From Paraspadella gotoi (taxonomy: Eukaryota; Animalia; Chaetognatha), in assembly GCA_051294375.1 (NCBI GenBank), contig CM119269.1, forward strand, positions 7,933,225 to 7,997,224: a DNA stretch of 64,000 nucleotides. Direction: 5' to 3'. Below the pieces are notes generated by a model. The model saw nothing but the letters and a program-made list of their open reading frames with translations, made no database searches and was not told where the DNA came from. The stretch's first letter is position 1; each line of letters starts with the position of its first letter. The translations under genes were made by a program, and so were the position numbers. Of the stretch, positions 38,257-51,420 are shown one piece after another.

Positions 38257-39022
38257 ATTAAATATAAAATAAATCAATCAATCAATCTATCTCCGATCCC
38301 CTCTTCAGGAGCAGCAATCTTCCTCCTCCTCCTCCTCCTTCCTCGACACTCGTTCCTTCCTCCAATCTCTCGACCGCCTCCTCGTCCTCTTCCCTCCTTC
38401 CGCCGACTCCTTCGGCCCCAAGTTGTTCGTGGATCCGGCGACCGTCTTCCCGCTCTCGCCGCTGCCGGACGTCGGCGGTGTAGAGTCCCAGTGCGTCATC
38501 GAGATGGCGCAGAGGGTCGTGCTGGGGTCGTCGTCGGTGTCGTCGTCTTCATCGGCGGCTGACGGGCTGGAGCGCCGCTTTCTCGAGGAACTCCAGCGCA
38601 TGCGTCGGGAGCGCGACTTTTACTCCAGAACGGCGGCGCTGTTGAGGGCGGCGATTCACGGTCCGTCGACGAGCAAAGCTGCTTCGGTGATGTCCGCGTC
38701 GGAAGCGTCAGCGGCGCGGCTCGGCGGCGTCGGCGGCGGCGTCGGAACCCGCGGGCTGACGGAGCTTTTCGATCTTGAAGAGTCGAAGGCTTTGGCGTCG
38801 ATGGTCAACGTCGTCATGAAGAAGTCGAAGTCTTCGTCCAGATCCTCCAGTGGAGATCCTCGGACTAAACGGAACAACCCCTCGTCGGCCAGAGACTCGG
38901 AGGAGACGTTCGAGTTGGAGAGGCTCGTCGAGAAGGCCGAGTTCCTTCTCGGGTGGAGGCGGAGGCTCGTGAGGGGAGACGTCAAGCTGTTGCTCAGTTA
39001 TAGGAAACTCCTTGGGTTGTGA
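34921..39022 (+). CDS. Large Ser/Pro-rich disordered protein with C-terminal globular region, possibly a PEAK1/pragmin-like pseudokinase
   Basis: Exon 34921-37962 (1014 codons), GT...CAG intron filled with (AAAT)n, exon 38309-39022 in phase 0. The C-terminal part (FQLRDWFVLDDDK, ILLQLLKL, LLRAAIHGP) loosely parallels PEAK-family motifs. No catalytic kinase motifs seen. Gene presence is strong; the family call is weak. Confidence 0.7.
38003..38260. repeat. (AAAT)n microsatellite in an intron
   Basis: Long perfect AAAT runs. Confidence 0.95.
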
Positions 39023-39079
39023 AAAGAGCCGATTTTTTTTCTTTCTCTTTAAATCTGTTTTCTTTGTCTAAATGTTTTT

Positions 39080-39154
<75 letters not shown>

Positions 39155-39375
39155 CTCTCTCTCTCTCTCTCTCCATCTTTCTTTCTTTCTTTCTTTCTTT
39201 TTTTGGTTTATAATTATTTTATTTAAATACTGCTCAAAAATTAAATATATAGTTTGTACATATTTTTATCACATAATGAGGGGACTTGGAAATATTTTTT
39301 TAAGATCAATCCGTACTCTGAATTTTTGTATAAAATATTGCTGCTGTTCACTTTGTGTGTGGGTTTGTTTCCATG

Positions 39376-39463
<88 letters not shown>

Positions 39464-42113
39464 TATTTATTTTTTGCTTATAGTTATTTTGCTCATATTG
39501 CACAAAAATTACATGTACATATTTTTATCACACAGTGAGTCGACTTGTCAATATTTTATGAAAAGACCAATCCGTATTCTCTAAGTTCACTTATTTTTGC
39601 TACTTTTTACTTGGGTAAACAGTAAAAAAAACTCACCTTGACTCTCGAGACTTCTGAAAAGCAGCAAGCAGTAAATGCAAATCGTTACAATGTTAGAGTA
39701 ATACATTTTGGTTTGGAGAACAACGAACGCAGGTAAGCAATGAGTTGCGTCTATTACGTTGCATGAGACGTCGACAATTCGTTTGCGTGTCGCTGGTTGC
39801 CTGCGACATCAAAGATTAAAGGAAATTACGAGAACCAAGAAAATGTTGGATCAGAAGAGAGTAATGGAGTAAAATTTGGAGTTAGATAGTAATAGGGAAA
39901 AAGAGGAACTTTTAAACGTTTAAATTAACTATTGAGTCATTATAAGTATAGCTCTCTAACTCTCTCTCTAGCTACCTGGCTCCCTCCTTCCCTTCAGTTC
40001 TCGTATCTTAAAAAAAACTTTGCTTTTTGATATTCCAAAAAAGAAAAAGAAAGTAAACTTCACGTTAGATTTAAATGAGCCGATTGACATAAGGTAACGC
40101 GACGACGTAAACGGAAGTTCCTTGTTTTGAAAAGAGAGAAGTTAAGAGAAAAAAAAATCACAATTACGAAATGAAAAATTAATCTAAACTGAAAATTAAG
40201 TTTGTCAATTGTATGGCTTTCCAGGGCCTTATTTAGAGATATAGAATCGAAAACCTGGCGATTGAAAAGCATTCAAAAATTTATTTATCTCAATGACGTC
40301 GGAATGAACAACAGTAGGAGAAGATAAGAGCAAGGCGCCGTCATGCTTATTGAGGGTTATGTGTAGAAGGGAGGGTAGAGAGTAGAGAATTGATGAAACA
40401 GTGAAGAGGTCGCTGGACAATTGACCTTGGCCTGGACACATGGGACAGTGGGACATAATTATTTAGTCACTCGCGCCAGATACTATCTTGCTCTCTTTCT
40501 CACTTTTTTTTCTCAATCTTACTCTCTTATCTACGTTCACTTTTGATCTGCGACTCCATCGATTAAATAATAAAACAACTAAATATGCCACTTTGTTTCG
40601 TGTTATATAACATTTAGAGTTTATTAACAATGATTAACATCTACATGCTCTTAGCCCAAAAACAAAACATAATAGGTGCAGATAATTTAGTTTTTTTTTG
40701 TACAAAATTCATAACATACTACATATGTATATTTATAATTAGCCAGATGCTATATTACCAAACCGCGTGGGCCTTGTGCGGCTATCTGCCCTTTTTTATG
40801 TTCAATAAAATTTGACCTTCAAGGCATTTTATCGCTATTATGTGTCAGGAACAACAGGCTCCTCAAATGCTATCATCGAACACTTATCTACAAGCCACGG
40901 GCAAAAACAATTGCGCATAAAAAAAAATTCATGAAAATTTATGAAAAGAAAAGAAAAACAAAAGAAAAAAAAAGAAAAGGAGAAAGTAAGTTAACCTAGT
41001 AAGGATTATTTAAAAATTAGAGTTCATTGCCCCATGCCTATTGTATCAAAAAGTGACGAGTTGACTGTTGTGAAAACGAAATTTATTTCGGAGAAATAAA
41101 AATAAATAGAAAAAAATACGATCTTAAAAATCTAAAAAAATAAATAATACTAATTTAAGTATTGAATGACTACTATTTGAATTTAAATATTTACATTTGA
41201 GATTTTTAATTATAAATTTAAATATAAATATCTTTAAATTCCTTTCAATATTTTTAAACGATAAATCTTGCAATTTAACAAATCCGCTTCGTCTCAGTTG
41301 CCTCCTTTCAGTTTCACGTCTTAAAGTGAGAGATCGTTTTAAGGTCTTGACATTCATAGCGAAGAAATCCGCTCGCATTCACACTCTCCTTTCTCATTCT
41401 AAATTCACGTTCACTCATAAAACCGAATTCTCGCAAAATCGTCGTCGTCGTTAGTCTTAGCTTGAGACTGTTGCTGCTGCTTCTGCTGCTGCTGCTGCTG
41501 TTGTTGCTGTTATTGTTATTGGCTGAGGGTGGTGGTCAGTTATGATGGCTACTGTTGACTCGAGATTATATAAAATATACTTTGAATAGACTATATAATT
41601 GGTTCAACCAATATAAAAATTATCCATTCATTTAATAAATGAACTATCTTGTTCAGTTATTTTTTCTTTTGTTTGTCAGGGATAGAATATTAAGTTCAAT
41701 CCTAAAATGATAGAACAATAATTAAAAATGATGAAAAAATATTAATAGANNNNNNNNNNNNNNNNNNNNNNNNNNNNNNNNNNNNNNNNNNNNNNNNNNN
41801 NNNNNNNNNNNNNNNNNNNNNNNNNNNNNNNNNNNNNNNNNNNNNNNNNNNNNNNNNNNNNNNNNNNNNNNNNNNNNNNNNNNNNNNNNNNNNNNNNNNN
41901 NNNNNNNNNNNNNNNNNNNNNNNNNNNNNNNNNNNNNNNNNNNNNNNNNNNNNNNNNNNNNNNNNNNNNNNNNNNNNNNNNNNNNNNNNNNNNNNNNNNN
42001 NNNNNNNNNGGCCGCGAGTGACCGTACGGCCGCGAGTGACCGTACGGCCATCGCGATATCACGCGGTCGACGAAGAGCGTGGCCTACGACGGTCAATCTT
42101 TTTGTGAGGAATG

Positions 42114-42207
<94 letters not shown>

Positions 42208-44582
42208 AAAGAGAGCGCATGTCAAGTCTTCGTCGTCGTCGTCTTTTTGTTTTTCTTAGCAATGACGCTACCTGACCTCACTCAAGTATATTCTGTGCTT
42301 AACCTCACCTTAAGGTTTTGCCCTTTGCAAAAAGTAGTAAAAGCTCACGGACACGGTAAGGTCAATTCTCGTGAATCGTTTTTTTTTTTTAAATTTGCGG
42401 TTTTACCTGAAATTATTTCTTTATTGAATTAAGGTTCTCAGTTCATAAAACTACTTTATTTTCCAATTTAATTTCGATGGATTCTATTGTAAAAAAAAAA
42501 GANNNNNNNNNNNNNNNNNNNNNNNNNNNNNNNNNNNNNNNNNNNNNNNNNNNNNNNNNNNNNNNNNNNNNNNNNNNNNNNNNNNNNNNNNNNNNNNNNN
42601 NNNNNNNNNNNNNNNNNNNNNNNNNNNNNNNNNNNNNNNNNNNNNNNGGGGGGGGGCAGCCACGGTTCAAGAATTCTGATCGGGAAAGTTTATCATTTGG
42701 AAGGACGATCGCTAAAAGAACGTGACAAAATGCTAATGAAAAATAATTTAATTGTTTTTCTCACTCTCCTTTACAGAGGGTATCGTTTTATGATGTGATT
42801 CGGGGGTGAGTTTGCGCTGAGAAAGGAAAAAAAAAGGCAAAATAAATTGTCGTGATTCCTTCCATAAACAAACAATAAATAATGAACCGAAAAAGCAAAA
42901 AAAAAAAAAAATCTTTATTTTGTTTAAAGCAAGCTGCTTGCATGTCGCACATATTTTCGTTTCAGTGTCTATGGGGTTGTAGAGTAAAAAAAAAAATATT
43001 TAGCCCACAAAATAAAATATACATATATCTATAAGTAGTTAAATATTTGAGTTTTAACAATTTTTTTTCTTTCTCTTTTCATAAACCTTACTAAACAAAA
43101 TCCCCTCAATTGTACCATTAAATTAATCTACTTTTCGCGGGGACCTGAACTCAACACAAGAGTTTGACAGAAAAAAGAGGATCTAAGGATCTAAGGATCT
43201 AAGGAGGTCTTGGGTTTTATTGAGAAACCGGATGTGAATTCGATGAACTTTGTAAAGATGACATCCGGGTGGGGGAGAGGTGGACTTAACGTCTTATTAG
43301 ACTGAGAGAGAGAGAGAGAGCGAGAGAGAGAGAGCGAGATGAGTAATTGCTTGTAGAAAAAAAAAANNNNNNNNNNNNNNNNNNNNNNNNNNNNNNNNNN
43401 NNNNNNNNNNNNNNNNNNNNNNNNNNNNNNNNNNNNNNNNNNNNNNNNNNNNNNNNNNNNNNNNNNNNNNNNNNNNNNNNNNNNNNNNNNNNNNNNNNNN
43501 NNNNNNNNNNNNNNNNNNNNNNNNNNNNNNNNNNNNNNNNNNNNNNNNNNNNNNNNNNNNNNNNNNNNNNNNNNNNNNNNNNNNNNNNNNNNNTTAGGTG
43601 GAGAAAGTAAGAGACAAACGGACGTTTTTTGGGAGAAAAGTGAGACTGACCCAGAGACGAAAAGGAGACGCGGCCGGCCTGTGACGTCGTCGTCGTTTGA
43701 CTCATCGTGTCTCGAAGATGATATTTTTTTTCCATCTTTTTTTCATTTTTCCCGCTTATTACTTCAAGTGATTGATTGGAATCTCCTTCCAAGCACAATC
43801 GCTTTTCTTCTTTGGATCAAAAGTTGGTTTTCAATTAATTGATCGACTCAATAAATTAATGTTTACGACTGTTTGACAATCCTCAGTTGAAATAATAGAT
43901 TACGCATATTTTAGGACGAACTTAAAACCAGTGACCACAACAATTAAAACAACAACGACAACATTCCTTTCCCGGTCTTTGAATATCACCAAAAAAAATA
44001 CGCTAATCTTTTGTACAAAATGACTGCGACGAAGATGACTCCTCGACGACGACGACGACGACGACCAAATTGGAGAAAGCAACAAGAAAATGTCCTTCTT
44101 TTTTTGAAATAATAAAAAAAGACAACCAACGAGAACAACAACCCCCGATGACACCTTCACCTCCTCGCTCAGCTTTTTCAGCACGTTTGTAACCTCGACG
44201 AAGGTAGACTTCGTTACGTAAATCGTATTCGCCGAACTCGACTCTCGACTCCCGTTTGCCGCCAAACAAAAAAGCAGCCTCCACTCTTTTTGAGGATTTT
44301 CTGCCAGAAAAAAAGGACCAAGGGTTAGATGGAGGACCAACCATTGTTGTCGCCGCAGGAACGCGGGAAAGTCCGAGCAGCTGCCGCGGCGAGGGCGGCG
44401 GTGCGCTGCGGCGTCACCCCTGGGGCGAGGGAAAGACGCGGAATGCGGCTGCGGCGGTGGCTGCGCTGGCTGCGGCAGCGCGGGAAAGGAAGGGAGGCAT
44501 TTCGGACGCGGGAAAGCGGGAAGGAGAGGAGGTTGGGGGGAGGGAATGTGCAATGAGAAAGAGGGGAAATCGGAGATTGTTG

Positions 44583-44666
<84 letters not shown>

Positions 44667-47600
44667 TCCCTACTATCTCTCTTTTTACAGGGTCAAACTG
44701 ACCAAACTTGGCAATGACCACTTTTTAGCTACAGTGTATGTTAAAAGAAAAGAAATAAAAGAATCTCCATAGTCCAAATTGATATGGAAAAAATAAAAGA
44801 TTCTTCTGACTTGATTGCCGATTTTTGAAAAAAGAAAAATGATATTTTTTAAAACAAAGCAAGTCAAGGAAAAAATTTAGATTTATAAAAATAAAATAAA
44901 GAAACAAGAAGGATAAAAAAAAATAAATAAATGATGATAATAAAGAAAATTTTGTAAAAGTAAAACCAAAGGTGATGAGAACATGAGATGATTTACCCTG
45001 AGAACGGAAGCTGTAACCGTGTAAAAAAAAACATGATGGGAAATGTAAGAGCGTTTGTGAATCGCGACCATGCTCTTTTGATTCTTCTTATAAAATCATC
45101 CATCTTGATAAAATTTTATGGTTGTTTTAAAACTACAAAAAAAGCATAACTGGCTTTTTCGCATTTTTCTTTTGAAAAATGTAAAAAAAAAAATTATTAC
45201 GAGAGAGTAGAGAGAGAGTGAAGTTATTCATTCTATTCTGCTATTAGACTAACGCACATTCCGCTAAACGGAATTAAATGACAATGTCCAGCAGAAAAAA
45301 AAAATTCCTAGATAAAGAAATGGCAGGATGTTATCATGGGAATGGCTGTAAAATGGAATCCTAACCCGGCGCCCGTTGAAACCGTTGGAATGGTGAGAGG
45401 GGTGAGTTAAGCATCGCCTCGATGTGCGGCGGAAAGGGGAAAGTGAGAGGTGCGATGGACGCGGGCGCTTTCGTCGGTGCAGGCGATGATGCGAGAAAGG
45501 TGAGTTTCGTGCGGCGCGGCGGCGTCCGTTTCATAGTGGCGGCTCTGGCGGCGTCGGCCGTATGACGTCACCGCTGAGACGGATGAGCCGCCGTGCAGAG
45601 CGAGCCCAGCAGAGGATGGCACAGCACGCACGCGGTCGGGGTAAGGGAAAGCGACGAAGTAACTGGGGTTGCACACACGGCTTTTTGGAGAGAACCTCAG
45701 GAACGGAGAAGATGAGAGAGAGAGAGAGAGTACGAAGAAGTGAGAGAATGAGAAGTGAGATGAGAGGCACGACGAAGAGAGGAGAGCAGATGTACGAGAG
45801 AAGGAAGGCGTGGGGGAAAAGAAGTTGCCGGTTAGAACGAACGGTTTGGAGGACAATCTTTCGGTCTGTTCTTTAAGGTCGTGATCTGGTCTGAATTTCT
45901 TTCGCCTCTCATCGGTCTGTCGCCTCTCTTCTCTCGCGTCGTCTCTCTCTTACTTCTCCTCTCCTTAACCGCGTGGTTATACGATTTAACATGGAAACTT
46001 TGTAAACAATTCGGCAACGTTTCTTCGGCGGGCAGGCACTTTGGTTCCGTCCCGACTCGTATAAGGTCAATGAGACCGTCCGGCACTTACTATCCACTTG
46101 ACAGATCGCCTAACTCTAACGAAGAACCGATTCTTCAGTGTTTCCACAACCGATTCGCCTGTCCCCACAGAAACGATTCTTTCGGCTCGGGTAGTCCCTC
46201 GCAACAACCGGCGCTAAGAGAGACTGAGATAGAGTGCAGAAAAATCGGGAATGGATTTTATTATGTTTTCAAAACACGATTTAATGTTAAAACATGTCAT
46301 TGATTTTTTTAGTGTTTTAATAATCTAAAATTTTTTATGGGGTTGTGTAAATAATATAGCAAAATAATTTTTTCCGAATTATCTCACTGGTAGAGTTGTT
46401 TAATGTTTCCTAATATCCTTATTACTAATCCGTTGACGCACTACTTCGAGTTAGAATCCTGTGTACTTTCGGATTGCCCCCTTATTCCTCCTTCCTCGGG
46501 CCCCTTGCTGTCCGGCGGCGCGCTCGAAGATTCCGGCCCAAGCCCGCTGCAGAGATTCGGGCTCGGTCGGTCGGCGTCGTCGGATTTCGGTTACTTCGTT
46601 CGGTCCGGCTGGCTTCGGTTTAAGGCGATCGAGTGCTTCAAACGCCTTCAAGCCCGAAGGTGGCTCAGGTGGTGTTTCATGAGGCGCCATAACCGATTTA
46701 AGGGGGAAATAGGGTTTCCATAATGCGACAAAGGTTTAGACGATCGATCGGACCTTTTAGCCGCGCCACTGACGTGTTTTGAGAGAGAGAGAGAGAAGAG
46801 AGAGAGAGTATGAGAGGAGAGAGAAAGAGAGCAGAGAGAGAGAAAGAGAGACGAGGAGAGACGAGAAGAGAGAGAGAGATGTACGGTGAGATGAGGAAAG
46901 AGAGAGTACGAGAGGGAGAGAGAAAGAGAGAGAGAGAGGAGTACGGGATCGAGAGAGGAGAGAGGAGAGAAGAGAGATCGGGAGGTACGAGAGAGAGAGA
47001 TTCTTACGCAAAGGATCGCGGGATATTCTGGGTGTGGTGGTGCGTTTGTGGGTGGGTGTGGCTCGAGGTCGAACGGTGGTGGGCTGGTAACGGGGTCGGA
47101 GAATTGCGTGCTCTAACTGCGTGGGAAGGAAAAATTAGAGAAAGACTAAATGTTTAAGGCAGAAATGATATTGTGTGTTGAAAAAAAGATACCAGTATTT
47201 ATTTCGAGAAAAAAATCGGCTGCTATTTTTTTAAGCTTTGTTTTACAGACGTTATGTTCGCATATATTATTTAAAAGTTTTTAACTCTCCCCCAAGGTAA
47301 ATAAAAAAGACGGTAATAAAGATGTGTTTAACTGTATCCCGTTTGTAACTGTGAGATTGTAAAATTCTTGGGATAAAAATTGGTCGAGGCATTCGGTGTA
47401 TTAAGGAGTTTTCCAGAATCGTATGCATGGTCGGTATTCTGATCTGCGTCGAAACTATATCGGAGAGGGCAAATTAAACGGGGATTTGAGTATGGTTTAT
47501 GGGGTTGGTATTATTTGGTTGGTTGGTTAACGCAACGTTTTTAAACTCTGCTCTTATAAATGACAATTCACTTATGAAAACTAAATTTAATGAAAGGAGG

Positions 47601-48339
47601 TTGTTTTTTGATATTTTGTTTCTTTTTATGACATATAATTTATTACNNNNNNNNNNNNNNNNNNNNNNNNNATTTCACTCAGTACCCCCCCCCCACCCCC
47701 ATTTTCACGGAAACCCTCCTTCTCATTCACACGTTTCACCAAAGGACCCGGGGAAGGGAAAGCGACGGAAACCTGGGTGAAGGTTTTGAGCCTGCGAGTT
47801 GATCGAATAGGGGCCAAGCGACGTAACCTACAAAGCAAACATCTACGTCGAAAAACCGGGCTCCGGTCGTCACGAAACTCTGACTCGTCAGCGCCACGGA
47901 TCGTCACCGATCGATCGGTCGGGTCGAGTACGAGTCGGGCGTGCGTGCTTCTCGGTGTCGCGTTCGGATAAGCCTACTTCCGATTTCGTACTGTCCAGGT
48001 GCAATATGACACCAATCGGCATTCGGGCAGTCTCGGTCGGTCTCTGTCGGTCGGGTTCAGGTCGGATCGGCTTGCTCGTCGGTCGCCGTCCGGCGGTCAG
48101 GTCGCGTCGGTCGCCTGCTCGGTCTCGATTCGTCGTCACGCTCGGCTTCCTCGGTGGTCAGGATCTACAGCACGTCTCCGGGTATACGAGCACGTCGGTA
48201 CCCACTAGCGTCAACACAGATGCGGCAGACTCGACCTCTACAAGTTTAAAACTTACCAATGGTACTTCGAGCCGCCATTTTGGTAAGACTCTTTGTACGC
48301 CCACCTCATAATAAAACATCCATACTAATTTCTTTTCAA

Positions 48340-51300
48340 GCCACTATTGACGAGAAAACACATCCAATACGGCGTGCGGCCGCCGCGGGCGTTGGATCCG
48401 CGGCTACTTCGGCCCCTGGTGGCGCTAAACCCGATCTAGCAGGCAGCACATGCCCCCCATCCCAGCAACAACCGCAGCAACAGGCCATCGATCTTCCCGT
48501 GGATTCCCGGCCAACCGATTACGCTTGTACGACGGGACGCGCGGCGCCTTTCCGATGGCCCGCGGTCTCATATGCCGGCGCCGCCTTCGTCGAACCAGAG
48601 CCTTCGTCTCTCGGTCCCAAACCGTCTCAATTCCTCTCCGGTCCAACTTTCCCATCCCTGGCCTCTCGCGGACCGTCGCGCCCCGACGCCCGGTGCGGTT
48701 ACCGCGCGGCACGCGGAAGCGGCGGCGCAGACTTGAAGGCCACCTCATGGGCGCAACGGCCCAACCACGATGCCGCCGCCGGGAAGCGGCTGGATCGAAT
48801 CCGCGCTGGGAAGCCCAAGAAGAGTACTGCCCTTCTCGCCGCCCGTGAATTCCCACGGGCGGGTTTCACTACGCCAACGCCCCTCCCGCCATGACCTCCT
48901 CCCCGCTACGGCGTGCGGGGCGGCGGCTCAAGGCTCTCACCCAACAGCCAATCCAAGTTCTCGGCCCAACTCTCGTCCGCCTCGAGGAAGGAGTCGGTTC
49001 CGAGAATTCCCACCGAAACGCCGACAGACGCACAGATCGCCCACGGTGAGCCCGTTCGCCGCGATTTCGGCGTCATAGTGACGCCCGCTCATTTCGCATA
49101 CGGCGGCGCTGTCGGCGTCGTAGTCCAGTGCCTGACTGGCACGTCCGGCCCCGCCCACCACGCCGACGAGTCGACGCCGCTCTCGAGCAGCAAGTCGAAC
49201 AACGCGAGATTTTGGACGTTTCAGGGCGAACATGGAATGGGTGGAGGTTGTCCTGATTAGTGAAAAAGTCGAAGCGGTGCGGAAGTTTAAAGCCAAGAGA
49301 ATATTCTTCAAAATGTCCGAATGATTAGTAAAATAATTTTGTTGTTAAATTAAAAACTCATCTCTTTTGATTGTTAATTTAACTTTTGACTATTAATATT
49401 CATACATAATATATCATTCTTTTACTGTTAAATAGAGAAATTACCTCACAATTATCTTTCCACTCTAGAAGCTGGTGCGTCAGAATTAAATTCCGCCTCA
49501 TGCACTCGTTGTGTGCGCCTTATCAGGTTCCTAGCTATTTACAAAAGTAAATTTTAGACAGTTATTATATTGGTCTCTTAGAATAAATAAAATCTTCACA
49601 AATATCAGATCATACTAAACCCAATATAGAAATAAAATCCAATATCCTCGTACAAAATAAATTGGACTTATTTAGACCTAGCCAAATGGATTTAGTTATT
49701 TCAGAATCTTTTACAAGGTTTTCAAGCTCGTAATGTTACGGCGCAGAATTGTTTAATGTTCCAACTTTCTCAAGTTTTGGAGAGACGCGGAAGCGGCTCG
49801 CGAGCAACGGCTCTTTGCTGCACGATCTTTGAAGGAGCGATCATCACTGCGAGGACTTCAAGACCGGCGTTCCACTCAGCATTTTGTAATCGCGGAAGAT
49901 CTCTGATTTCACGACATTCGCAGGTGAAGTTCCGTGGGGAGATATTGTCAAATGCCGTTGGTTCTTTAAACTAAGGAAATATATTTTTTCTACATGGACA
50001 TATCTGGGTTCCAAAATTGTTGGCCCCGCTGGTGCTTAGTAACAACACTCCCGTCATCACTTCAAAGAATCGCCGCTCCCCTCGTGTCAAAACAATGTCG
50101 CAGTATTGAATTTTTTGTCTATGAATCTAGATCACGCGAGAGTACCTCTACTGTTAACCCCTATCTTCACTCTTGTATCTTGCTCGTTGAAAAACGTAAT
50201 TGCAGTTTTTGTTAATTTAATTTTTTCGAACTTTCTTCTCGTCTTGTAGACAAGTTCATCGCGTCGGTGCGGCGACGGCCGAAGCGAATCGGCTCAAGAA
50301 CGTCGCGACAGTTGGAGAAGAGCGGACTCGCGTGGAGCCACTTCTGCGGAAGACGACGACAGGAACCTCAAAGACTTGTGGCCAAGCATGTACGTTGAAG
50401 CACTCAGAGGACAGGGTCGGTGGCAATCGTATAGTCGATGAAACAGACTAGATTTGAAAGACTACAGAGCAGTCGAACCGCCATAGTTGTTATCGGCTTA
50501 TGCTCTCATCGTCGGGTGCTGGAAAGAAAAGATCGGCTCGGCCCATCCTTATATAATTTGTTCTTCAGGGCCTGGAATTCCAAACAATTGCTCAGTCCAA
50601 TAGCCCAATAGCTGCCAACGCCATGAGTATGGACCAGTCATAACATTTGGAGAAATATGAAGATCCAAAGACGACGAAATCACTGATCAGGTAGATCATT
50701 TTGAGGAGAACTACGACTTTATAATCAATATACTTATTGATCTAAAAAAAAATGTTCGCAGAGAATCGCGATAAGGACTCCAAAAATTGGAAAATTGATT
50801 CGCTGTTGACCGCGTTGTTCCAGCCTTTCGGGTGATTACATTGACTTTTTATGCGAAAAAAGTTTAAAGTTAACAAATAAAAGAAACGAACTATTCTCAC
50901 TTCTCTTCCAGCGAAACACCAACAAAACCGACTACGAGTAATGTCAAACGTCACGTCAAGTTGCTTCAAAGATTGCCGACTCTCTCAATTCAGTCTCTAC
51001 CCTCCAAGCCCACCACTCCTCGCATCCCCCAGGTGCGAGTTTGAATATACGCTATTGATATTTACTAAAGAAAATTGACATAATGTTCCGCCGGGTATGG
51101 GAAAATCAATTTTAACTATTATCCCGCCATTATTATTGCTAAAAAAGCTCCTCAACAATATTCGACACTTATACGACGAGCATGTCGAAAACTATTCAAC
51201 ATGTGGCACCAATTCAGAGACCCCAACGAACGTGTGAGTAAAACAACTACTCGCATCATTTAATTCAATTTAAAAAAAATAAATCAACGAATTATATTAT

Positions 51301-51420
51301 TATTTTAAGTAATTTCGCGTAAATTAATTAATCTATCTATTCCCCCAGGCAAAGGGTTCTTCTTAGGTGTCGTTTCAATTTTCATCTTGGTTGTGAAAGC
51401 AGAGAGACGATGGGACGACG
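48340..51420 (+). CDS. EIF4G: eIF4G-family C-terminal region (linker + MA3 + W2), multi-exon, many frameshifts (assembly error or pseudogene)
   Basis: Peptides across frames follow eIF4G order: ELNS (~49485), VLER / EDFKTG / FVIAEDL (49775-49905), TWTYLG (~49991), QLEKSGLAWSHFC (~50310-50347), VKLLQR (~50955), LYDEH...RDPNE (51170-51230), GKG..SWL (51349-51393). Flanking GT-AG sites are still visible. Confidence 0.7.

Noticed and set aside
45380-49260. rRNA/ITS-like GC-rich sequence
   Set aside because: No conserved 18S/5.8S/28S motifs recognised. The blocks behave like exons and promoters.
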